Both the position numbers and the translations under genes were made by a program. A stretch of DNA of 64,000 nucleotides, from positions 49,290,001 through 49,354,000 of the forward strand of contig OX597817.1 of the NCBI GenBank assembly GCA_951406725.2, in the 5' to 3' direction. The stretch's first letter is position 1. Every line of letters begins with the position of its first letter. Shown in pieces: positions 53,487-64,000 of the stretch. The notes beneath the pieces were generated by a model. That model made no database searches, was not told the origin of the DNA, and saw only the letters and a list, made by a program, of their open reading frames with translations. The stretch is from Octopus vulgaris (taxonomy: Eukaryota).

Positions 53487-53897
53487 AGGCTGCGAGCTGG
53501 TAGAAATGTTAGCACGCCGGACGAAATGAGCAGCCGTATTTCGTCTGTCGTTACGTTGTGAGTTCAAATTCCGCCGAGGTCGACTTTGCCTTTCATCATT
53601 TCGGGTCGATAAATTAAGTACTAGTTACGCACTGGGATCGATAATGTAATCGACTTAATCCGTTTGTCTGTCCTTGTTTGTCCCCTCTATGTTTAGCCCC
53701 TTGTGGGTAATAAAGAAATAGGTATTTCGTCTGCCGCTACGTTCTGAGTTCAAATTCCGCCGAGGTCGACTTTGCCTTTCGTCCTTTCGGGGTCGATTAA
53801 ATAAGTACTCACTGGGGTCGATATAATCGACTTAATCCGTTTGTCTGTCTTTGTTTGTCCCTTCTGTGTGTAGCCCCTTGTGGGCTGTAAAGAAATA
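53487..53897 (+). mobile_element. Family B head-to-tail dimer with TSD
   Basis: Same dimer junction as at 36586; flanked by GAAACTCTATAGAAAC on both sides. Confidence 0.85.
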
Positions 53898-54172
53898 GGA
53901 AACTCTATAGAAACTCGTTGAAGCGACTGTACATATAATTAAGAGACTGCCTCGTCACACCTTGTGTAGTCTCAGTTCTACCTGATAATAACGTTCAAAG
54001 TATATGTGATTGTGAAATGGTCAACCACTTAGACACTTATTCCATGAACAAACATTGTGTTGGCAGATAAATTCATTCGTTTTTTTTCTCCTCCATTTAT
54101 TTTAATATAAATTTGTCGTCAACAATTTTATTAATAATAAATCAGTCAATAGTATATTACACTTTCATTCAC

Positions 54173-54570
54173 TTTTACTCTTTTTTTCTTTTACTTGTTT
54201 CAGTCATTTGACTGTGGTCATACTGGAGCACCGCCTTTTTAGTCGAGCAAATCGATCCCTAGTACTTATTCTATCGGTCTCTTTTGCCGAACTGCTAAGT
54301 TACGGGGACGTAAACACGCCAGCATCGGTTGTTAAGTTATGTTGGGGGGACAAACACAGACACACAAACTTATACACACACATACATATATATATATATA
54401 CATATATACGACGGGCTTCTTTCAGTTTCCGTCTACCGAATCAACTCACAAGGCTTTGGATGGCACGAGGCTATAGTAGAAGACACTTGCCCAAGATGCT
54501 CCAGTGGGACTGAACCCGGAACCATGTGGTTCGTAAGCAAGCTACTTACCACGCAACCACTCCTACGCCA
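54173..54570 (-). mobile_element. SINE family A (full length); a further 3'-half copy lies at about 52720-52900 (+)
   Basis: Same head, body and tail as the other family A copies. Confidence 0.8.
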
Positions 54571-54574
54571 GCTC

Positions 54575-54770
54575 TCCTCTATCGTTGTCAGTTTGCTCTC
54601 TCGACGCTTGATTGCTCATCGACACAAAAAGATTTCTTTACTGCATCGTCACTGGTGATGGAAAATGGGATCTTTATATCAATATGAAGCACAGGAAAGA
54701 AAGGTTGAGTCTTGACAAGCAAGCCACACCTCGAACCAAGCCGCACAAGACAATGATTTTTCATGACTTT
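54575..54770 (+). pseudogene. Mariner transposase fragment
   Basis: RFLYCIVTGDGKWDLYINMKHRKERLSLDKQATPRTKP resembles the mariner FLxRIVTGDEKW block. Confidence 0.75.
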
Positions 54771-55336
54771 TTGCCTATTTTCCACGAGCTTGTTATGTTA
54801 ATACCTTGATAGTAGAAATCACCAAGTTTTGACTGGAAGAATTCATTGAGCCATATTTTTCAACTCCTCGTCGATATTGCATCAAACGTGTCGCAAGCTA
54901 TTGGAAAGCGAAAAAAAAAATGAAAGACAATAATCGGAAGGTGCTGGACCAGAGGAATACTGTGGGTGGGATAGAACTTACCAACTGTGCTCTTGAACAG
55001 AATTTATTTTACCAAATTAGCTATGAGGGGTCGAAACGTTGTCGTGTTGAAGAAGTAAGCTATGTCGCCGGTTGGGTCGTTTCAGCCGGATTGCTTCGTT
55101 GTGCCGGTGCGTTTGCTAAATGTAAAGCTCTGCTTTTGATAATGTGGAGGCTTTCAAGCATTTCAAAGGGCCAGCCTTGTCACATACTGTGTCACGCTGA
55201 AACTCCCTGAGAACTACGTTAAGGGTACACGTGTCTGTTGAGTGCTCAGCGACTTGTATATTAATTTCACGAGCAAGCTGTTCCGTTGATCGTATCAGCT
55301 GGAACCCACGCCGTCGTAACCGACGGAGTGCTCCTT

Positions 55337-55405
<69 letters not shown>

Positions 55406-55816
55406 TATAAACAGGTGCAATTTATAATCCACACACTTTTCCTTGTCTAACTCCTCATAAATGACAGTCGTTTAACTAAGTATCAGGACTGCAAACAGAA
55501 CGATAATATTACAGATACGCCCATTGCTGTAATCACGTTACTGAAAAGAAAGTGTGAAACGGTAGTGATGGTTTGGGCGAAGTGGGGGGGGGGGCGCAAG
55601 GACTGACCCCGCCCATATAGATAAACACTCTACCTTACAAATCATTTTTAATGAAGTGCCGTTAACATATCGTTAAGAGAGTAAGACGGGGAATAAAATA
55701 ACAGGAATGTATTATACGAAAGCTGAAGGGGCGAAAAACAGTAAGGTTTAATAGCTTCGACAAAGCAAGAGAATAAAAGTCACACGTACGCGCTCGCACA
55801 CACACAGAGAGATATT

Positions 55817-55865
<49 letters not shown>

Positions 55866-55876
55866 TCATACACACA

Positions 55877-55914
<38 letters not shown>

Positions 55915-56219
55915 TACACACAGATATATATATATATATATATATGCATGTATACATGCATGTATTTATGTATTTATGTATGTATGTATGTAAGGAAGAG
56001 CAAAGGAGCAACAAAGAAGGAGGGAAGTATTTAGCTAAAATAAACTGTTACTACAATAATGAAACATGGAATATAAAGTTCACGGCGAAATTTTATACAT
56101 CAAAATTTCAGGCCCTTCATTATCGAAGGAATAGACACAAATCCCAATATTTGGCGCCAGATAATACAATGATTCAGAGAACTAACAACATACGTCAAAT
56201 GATGCATCTTTCATCAACC

Positions 56220-56945
56220 CCATCACGAAATTAACCTCTAAATGCAGACATCCCATAGGATGGATCCTACGAACCGTTACAGCAAGATAACCGGTTGTTA
56301 TGGTTCTCTAACTCTATGGAAAAGTTTAGTTCAGAGCAGATTAGATTACTGCTTACAGCTTTAGTCTCCAAATTCACCCGGTCTCATAGAAGAAATTGAA
56401 GGGTTATAAAGAACATTAACCAGTAAAATGATTTCTGTTAATGGCTTTGATTACTGGGGAAACCTGAAAGCTCTGCGTCTCTACTCTCTTGAACGCCGAA
56501 AAGAAGATATACTATTATATATGTATGGATGATCCTGGAGGGGCATGTTCCAAACATTGGCATTAAAGCGAATTTTAATGCTCGAACTGGTAGGTACTGT
56601 CAACTTCCAAATATGCTATCTTCAAACACACGAGCAAAAAACATTTTACTGTACCCTTCTAATATTCAGAGGCCCTCAAGTATTCAACTGCTTACCCAAA
56701 GAGATCATAAATATAAAAGGAACTTCTACTGAAACTTTCAAAAAAGCATTAGATGAACTCCTTACGACGATACCGGACCAATCAACCATTCAAGGATACA
56801 TACAGGGGAGACCAGCAAAACTACAAACTTAATCGTCGACCAACTTTCAATCATAAAGGGACAACAAAATATAAAAAAAAAATTAAGGTGGTGCGCCAGC
56901 ATAGCCGCAGTCCGGCGACTGAAACCATTAAAAGAATAAAAGAAT
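56220..56945 (+). mobile_element. CR1/L2-group LINE 3' fragment
   Basis: SRLDYC..SP, DYWGNLKALRLYSLERRKE, IIYVWMILEGHVPN, RGPQVFNCLPKEI and FKKALDELL blocks, followed by a GGTGGTGCGCCAGCAT..GACTGAAAC..(TAAAAGAA)n tail. Confidence 0.75.
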
Positions 56946-56968
56946 ATATAGGTATATACATATACAAA

Positions 56969-57010
<42 letters not shown>

Positions 57011-57034
57011 AATGGATAGATGGATAGATAGATG

Positions 57035-57072
<38 letters not shown>

Positions 57073-57259
57073 TAGATAGATGGATAGATAGATATAGATA
57101 GATCTGTATACACATACACACATATACACACGCATATATATGTGTATATATATATATATGCATACGCACGCACACGCACACACACGAATGTCAAGAAATA
57201 TGTATGCATTTGCATGTGCGACTGTATAGATGTATACATTTGTACGTAAGTGTGTGCGC

Positions 57260-57295
<36 letters not shown>

Positions 57296-57779
57296 ATATA
57301 TGCAATTATATAGACGGAGAGAAGGAGAAATAAGAAAAAGAAAGGAAGCAAGAAGAAAGTATGGAGGAACTGATGTGAGGGCCCTTACGAATGTCGTCTG
57401 TCGTTAAAGTTTGGCTGTTAATGAATTTACAGCCAGGTTCTTTTACGGAGCTGTCTATCATCTACACCACCCTAACCTACCACAGCGATTTCACGATAAT
57501 GGCGGCCATCCCGCCTACAAAATGATGTCTGATACATCCCATAAAACGCTGTCACCATTTACGTTTGATTCATATAATCTATTTCTTTATCTTTTATCTT
57601 CTTATATCAACGTTAGCCGTTTCAATGCAGTTGTTATTATTTGTTTCCTTGTCTTCTTCATCAGTTTCTTAAACTATTTCCACTGGAACAGCACGATATG
57701 AACCTCAATCAATGCGTACCATTAACGCAAGTACTACTAATGTGACTCTGTATACTGTGTATCGATGTCGTATAAGACG

Positions 57780-58045
57780 CATTCGTCGTCGTCATGTATC
57801 GTATTCCTGCAGCGCATTGATGGCACCACCTCCAAAGTCTTCTCGATTAAGCACGAGTTCTCCGGCTGCCTTGCCACACTTGTATAACCAGCTCTTGATT
57901 TTGTCCATCCATTGCGTTCTTTGACTGCCTCCTGGTCTACTGCTGTCTACTCTTCCTTCCATGATAATGTTTTCCAAAACTCTGCTTCTTCAAAAATGGC
58001 CATAATAGACGAGGTTTTCTTTATTTACAATGTTCAGGAGTTATC
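57780..58045 (-). mobile_element. RTE-like LINE extreme 3' fragment
   Basis: ENIIMEGRVDSSRPGGSQRTQWMDKIK resembles the RTE EGKxxGxRxRGRxRxxW block; it ends in a short (GAC)n tail. Confidence 0.6.
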
Positions 58046-58599
58046 GTCTTTCACCTACTTGTTACATCCGTCCCGTCCAGGTGGGTAATATATACGCCAT
58101 GAAAACCGGGAACCTGGCCCTTATGAGTCTATATGATTCGAGAAGGAAGCAAAGTTCCTTCTACTTATTATAATTTCAAATTAGAGGGGAAATGTTTTTT
58201 TAACAACGATGACCATCATTTAAAAAAAAATAATAAAATTTTGTTTGCCACCAGAGTAGCAAATACTTGGGAGAGGATTTGAGGAGGTAATCTGAAGTCA
58301 TAGGGGATAAGATGAAATTGATTTTAAGCTACCGGGAGGTAAGCTAAATGGGGGTGGGTAACCTACAATCGCTACATCGAAACTGCAACGAACGCGAACA
58401 CATTTCTGTCGATCTGGTGGTCACATCGGGGGCGATTTTGTTTCACACATAGTTCTGAAGTATATTGTACTTTTTCAACACGAAAGAGGTTTTACCCCCG
58501 GAAGAAAACCACAGCCTTTAATTTTTCAGCTACATACATGCATTAAAGTTTGATAGGTTTCAAATTTTGGTACTAAGCCAACAATTTTCACTTTTTTTT

Positions 58600-58928
58600 C
58601 CGACCCCGAAAGGATGAAATGCAAAGCTGACCTTTGCAGAATTTGAACTCAGAATGTAAACGCAAACGAGGTGCCGCAAGTATTTTACCAGGCGTGTTAA
58701 CGATTCCACCAGCACTCAGCCTATTTCTTTTACTATCCACAAGTGGCTAAACACAGAGAGGACAAAAAAGGACAGACAAACGGATTAAGTCGATTATATG
58801 GACCCCAGTGCGTAACTGGTATTTATTTAATCGACCCCGAAAGGATGAAAGGCAAAGTCGACCACGGCGGAATTTGAACTCAGAACGTAGCGACGGGCGA
58901 AATACCGCGAAGCACTTCGCCCGGCGCG
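58600..58928 (-). mobile_element. Two family B SINEs, minus strand
   Basis: CGACCCCGAAAGGATGAAA occurs twice, each followed by GAATTTGAACTCAGAA. Confidence 0.75.
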
Positions 58929-59633
58929 TTTGTTACTGTTTTTATTAACATAATTTATTATTATATATTTCTATTGTACTTTTAGCAATAACATATATAG
59001 CTATAGCATATAGTATAATCAAAATATAAACAGTAGCTCTGATGTAATATCCGACAAAGAGTGTGTTTTGAAATATTTTACGATTAAAAAAAAAACGAAT
59101 CTTAAGCAAAACATAAACATCATCAAATTATATGCTGATATAATGAGAAAAAATTATATAAATCATTAAAACTTATGTCACCGTGATGTACTATAACATA
59201 AAATTCAACACCAAGTGTCTGGAAAGAAATGTATGTTAATATTTCAAAATCTAAAGAGATAGGGGCGGATCAGGGGGTGATTAATTTGATCCTTCTATGT
59301 TCTCAGTTCAAATGTCACTGAAAGCAAAAAAATTAATTAATTTGCAATATGATTGGCATATATATATGTGTGTTTATATGCGTATGTTTGTGTGTGCGCG
59401 CACGTATGTCTGCAAGCATATATGTATATGTACATATATATAAATATGTGTGTGAGTGTAGGCGTAAGTATGTGTGTGTGTGTGTGGTCAGTAGTTTATG
59501 CCAGAAAAAGAAATGTACTCTAGTGCATCAGAGCATTTGATTCTGACAAGTTGCCTGTACCTCAAAGTCCATTATAGGTGCGAAAGCAATGGTCACTCTT
59601 TGACCGGCTATAACTATAAAATTCCTTACTTAC

Positions 59634-59696
<63 letters not shown>

Positions 59697-59713
59697 TATA
59701 CATATATATATAA

Positions 59714-59836
<123 letters not shown>

Positions 59837-60008
59837 TATATAAACAAGAGTACAAATTAGTACCCGCAAACGCTAGAAATAAGGCACAGGCATGGCTGTG
59901 TGGTAAGGTGTGGTAAGAAGATTGCTTCCCCGCTTCCGCGCATGCTTTGGGTTATTTGCTGTCTGGATTTTGTAAGAGTCGGACGTAGTTTTTTGTGTTG
60001 CTTAGAAG

Positions 60009-60525
60009 ATGTACTCAGACCATGACGGGTATGAGTTGTCTGAGGAGGAGAAGGAGGAGGAGGAGCTGGTAAGGGTGGTCATAAAGATGGACGGAGTGTT
60101 GAAAACAAGGAGTTTTACTGAGGCCATGGAGGTGAAGCGAAGGGAGCTGGACTTGGCTGGTCTGGAGGAGTACGAGAAGATATCTCAGAAAGTGGGCGGA
60201 ATTATGGAGAGGATGGAGAAGAAAACGTTCACCTATAAGGTATACTCGTTGAAAGGTAAAAAAAAAGGTAGAACAGGTGGAGGTAGAAGTGGAAAAGGCA
60301 CTGAGGGAATGAACAAAGGAGGTAACGTACATAACCAAAGGACGAAGATATGGGAGAATGGTCGTCCAGTTTAGGACAGCAGAGGAGGCTGGCGAATGTA
60401 GCGGTGAAAACAGAGGAAGTAGTGCTTCTGCCCACATACTTTGGAAGAAAGACTTCCAAGGTGAGGGTAGAAACCGGATATAGAAGTGGCTTGGGTAGCG
60501 GCAGATGTCCTTGTTGGAGTGTGTT
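60009..60525 (+). pseudogene. Degenerate purine-rich coding-like relic, possibly ORF1 of a LINE
   Basis: Protein-like frames (MEKKTFTYKVYSLKGK; VKTEEVVLLPTYFGRKTSKVRV) broken by frameshifts; no confident domain. Confidence 0.35.
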
Positions 60526-60805
60526 TGAGTGTGAAGGTGGGTGGCCTAGTGCTTAGGGTGTTGCACTCACAATCTCAAGAACGCAGTTTCGATTCCCATA
60601 CCGGTGGTGCGTTGTGATCTTGGAGAAAACATTCAGTTCACTCAACAGTCAAACGACTGCTGTCCGGTTCAAGACGAAGAAGTTGACCGGTAGCCTAGCC
60701 AGTGTGATGGCATCATTAGAAAGTTACGACAGGGCCGGTGTTGTATATGATCTACATACCTGTTTCTGGTAAAGCTTGTGATCTACATTAGTTCAAATGG
60801 TATAG

Positions 60806-61360
60806 CAGAGGTTCTCAAACTTTTGGGGCATCACCCCTATTTTTATGTATAAATAAGCATTTTATAATTTACTAATTTATATATACAATGAATCATTTAA
60901 TATTTGATATATTATGTAATTTGTATGTGGAGGCGCGTGGCTTAGTTGTTAGGGTGTCAGCAGCATGATCGTAAGATTGTGGTTTCGATTCCTAGACCGG
61001 GTGATGTGTTGTGTTCTTGAGCAAAACACTTCATTTCACGTTGCTCCAGTCCACTCAGCTGGCAAAAGTGAGTAACGCTGCGATGGACTAGCGTCCCGTC
61101 CAGCTGGGGAACACACACGCCATAGAAACCGGGAAACCAGGCCTGTGAGCCTGACTAGGCTTTAAAAAGGGCGCATTTATTTTTTTAATATATAATTTGT
61201 ATACGATACTATAATAATATTATAATAAATTCATAGCGTCCCCCATTCCACTGCCTTCCTCCCAACGCCTCCGTTTTCTCTACCGCCCTCTTAGGCACCA
61301 GCGCCCACCTGGACGTCTGACCGCCCACCGGAGGCGATAGCACCACTTTGAGAACCTATG
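60806..61360. mobile_element. Non-autonomous hAT element with 8-bp TSD
   Basis: TIRs CAGAGGTTCTCAAA and TTTGAGAACCTATG; TSD TGGTATAG at 60798-60805 and 61361-61368. Confidence 0.85.
60929..61186 (+). mobile_element. SINE family C nested in a hAT element
   Basis: Full copy; imperfect TSD TATGTAATTTGTAT / TATATAATTTGTAT. Confidence 0.8.
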
Positions 61361-62082
61361 TGGTATAGTTTGTGATCTACACCGACCTTTTGATCTACAT
61401 TTAAAATTCGTCTCTTTACTCGACTTCCGGTCGGTTTGGTAAATAAACCAAAAATACTTTTATGATTTAAAACACTAAGTCCTGAGCCCATTGGAAGAAA
61501 TCGTGATGAGAGCAAAATAATTTTACACACGGGTTATTCGAGATGAAAACGCTGCAATAGAATTTCTCTATAATTGCAATTTTATAACAAAATTTTGAAT
61601 GTAGACCACAAGCTAGTCTAGATTTAAGTTGCTGTAGATTACAGTGGCATGTAGATCACTTACTACACCGGTACCGTTACGACAACGGAAGGAAGCACAT
61701 TGTGGCCAGCGATGTAGAACAAAGTCTGGTAATCTGGGCGATACAGTGAAATATAAATATGTATGTGTGTGTATGTGAATGTGTGTGAGTGTGTGTATCT
61801 ATGTGCGTATGTATTCTGAGAGTGTATGTGTATATGTATATTTATGTATGTTTATGATGTGTGTGTATGTAGTTGTGTAGGTATTACGTGTGTGTGTATT
61901 TATGTATGTGTGCATTGTGAGTGTTTGTGTGTGTGCATGTGTATTTGTGTATGTATGTATTGTGTGTGAGTATTTGTATACGTATGTGCGTGTGTGAGTC
62001 TATGTGTGTGTCTGAAAAAAACTATGTAATTTTAATTAATTAATATATCGCCCTCACATTTGGACCAATTCAACTGCTGGTA

Positions 62083-62083
62083 C

Positions 62084-62178
<95 letters not shown>

Positions 62179-62179
62179 C

Positions 62180-62274
<95 letters not shown>

Positions 62275-62277
62275 CAG
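62083..62277. repeat. Compound (TAG)n(CAG)n(TAG)n trinucleotide array
   Basis: Directly visible. Confidence 0.95.
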
Positions 62278-62781
62278 CTGTTGGTGGTTTGGCGTCATCG
62301 TTCTCTTTACACGCCTTCAGCATCGTCTTTAAACAAAAATTGTCAAATAAAATGCTTCATTTCATGTTAAATTTAATTTGAAGATTAAAATTAATCTCAT
62401 ATATGGCGTATGATTCTAATAATCCAACTGGATATATTACATATTGAAAGCAAAATCTGGTAAAAGTATACACTAGCACGATGCATCAACTGTTGGTTGG
62501 CGTGACAGTGGACTTGAACTCTGGACCATTGTTAAACTAAAACTCACTTTTTTCGCTTGTTCCGATCAGGCTGATATCCGGTCCTGAGTCACTGAACCAC
62601 CTTGGCCAAAAGAAAAGCTAAAAACAAAAATACACTAGAAACTACTCTACTGGTGATAAATGACTGAAAAAGTCATTATAGTAAGTTTATTTAGATCTTT
62701 TAATTTCGCTTGAAAACAAACAAGTAAAAACTCTCTTTTGTTGGCCGGTCGGCATACCTCCATGTTAGACCACCATAAAAG

Positions 62782-62862
<81 letters not shown>

Positions 62863-62979
62863 ATATGCATTTATGTAGATGTAATAAAAGTAAATATATT
62901 TTTTGTTTTGTTTTCAGTAGTAATAACGATGTGAAGAAACGAACACAAAGAAACAGTGTTTATGCTATGTTCCTCCGAC

Positions 62980-62996
62980 GTGCCATCTAGTGGTGA
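62980..62996 (-). promoter_or_regulatory. Candidate CTCF site
   Basis: Minus strand TCACCACTAGATGGCAC matches the CCACYAGRKGGCRS consensus, in non-repetitive sequence. Confidence 0.4.
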
Positions 62997-64000
62997 CTGT
63001 TGACAGCAACATCTCCGTCACAAAGCGATCATTTGTCAAGGGAGGAAATATCAACTAGTTCTTATTACCGCTTTAGTTCAAAAAGCCAATTTCGCAGCTC
63101 ACATGACATCAGCTATAGTTTTTAAGTTTGATGAAGGCTGTGTGGGTGTGAGAGGAACGGGTAACGTTTTTTTTTCTTCTTCTAACATTTAAATAGTAAA
63201 TGTAACTGATTCTCCTTCTACAAACTCTCTCTCCCTCTCTGTCACTCGCTCTTTCACTCTACTTCAAGTCTCTCATTCATTCTTTTCCTATCTTTTCATC
63301 TTCCTCTTTTATATCTTCTATTGCGCAGGAAAGAGAAAAAAAAAGAAAGACAAGAAAAGCTTAGCTGTGGACACATTTTCATACTCGCGTTGATAAGAAC
63401 TATTATTAGTTGTTTGTTGTGCTTATAAAAGTGGTTATTATTGTTCTTTTATTTTGCGTTTCTTTTTCCTATAGAATATCAGTAATAGAATGCATTGTAT
63501 TAAATCAGTATTTTGGAGTTTTTAATGGAGTACGACTACACCACCCACTTACTTACTCATACCCAACACATAAATGTATATGTGTGTCTGTATATGCCTG
63601 TTTTTATAACTATACACACACGCATGTATACATGTATTTAAGTATATCTAAATATGAAAAAAAAAGTCACTGTGATGGTGGCCAAACAAAAAAAAACAAA
63701 ATGAATAAACAGTATTTAGATAATGATATGTAAATTTAGCTCGGATTGCAAATTCGCTAGTGTTTGCTAAATAGCTTGCACTTAATCTAAAAGTTCTTTT
63801 GGTAAAGTTAATCGACATCCATACTAAAATTATTAAAGGCGACATTGTCTCAACTTCTCGAAGACACAGCTGCAGGATAAACAAGTAGTCACATGTTGCA
63901 TTTTTGGTTTTGTTTGTTTGTTTTTCATTAACTCAGCTTTAATGTTGAGGAGCAAATAAACGTAAGAAATACATATTGTTGTTCTCGTTCTTGTCCTTGT

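Larger units (their letters stand above)
60732..61675. mobile_element. Mutator-like non-autonomous element with 9-bp TSD, carrying a nested hAT and SINE
   Basis: TIRs GGGCCGGTGTTGTATATGATCTACA and TGTAGATCACTTACTACACCGGTACC; TSD GTTACGACA at 60723-60731 and 61676-61684; internal TGATCTACA repeats. Confidence 0.75.
60533..61750 (+). mobile_element. Old tRNA-derived SINE split by the nested insertions
   Basis: TGGCCTAGTGCTTAGGGTGTTGCACTCAC..GTTTCGATTCCC head at about 60540-60600. Sequence after the TSD (61685-61750) is inferred to be the continuation. Confidence 0.55.

Noticed and set aside
62032-62332. Poly-S, poly-T and poly-L ORFs
   Set aside because: Trinucleotide array with no coding context.
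62900-63060. Possible plus-strand exon after a TTTTGTTTTCAG acceptor-like sequence
   Set aside because: No recognisable protein and no convincing partner exons.

Overview
Repeat-saturated, AT-rich animal genomic DNA. The SINE, LINE and microsatellite make-up resembles an octopus (coleoid cephalopod) genome; this is an inference from recalled repeat families, not a database result. One real host coding exon is supported: the first coding exon of an HLX/H2.0-like homeobox gene on the minus strand (8339..7295). It has two eh1-type motifs and a GTAAGT donor. I found no homeobox exons in the window, so they presumably lie beyond the left edge. The rest is intron 1 and about 55 kb of upstream DNA. 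It contains at least four tRNA-derived SINE families, LINE relics (RTE, CR1/L2-like, R4/Dong-like), DNA transposon relics (Chapaev3-like, mariner, maT/Tc1-like, hAT, Mutator-like MITEs, a Helentron-type HINE), a 5S rRNA-derived relic and many microsatellites. The most striking signal is a series of minimal type I hammerhead ribozyme motifs, about 10 intact or decayed. Most have palindromic stem III, some have non-canonical cores (U4C, A6U), and they sit in short elements that usually abut (TA)n and often form fold-backs, as expected of Penelope-like pseudo-LTR relics. Nearly all listed ORFs are microsatellite or SINE artefacts. All calls were made by eye; repeat boundaries are approximate unless a TSD or TIR is quoted.
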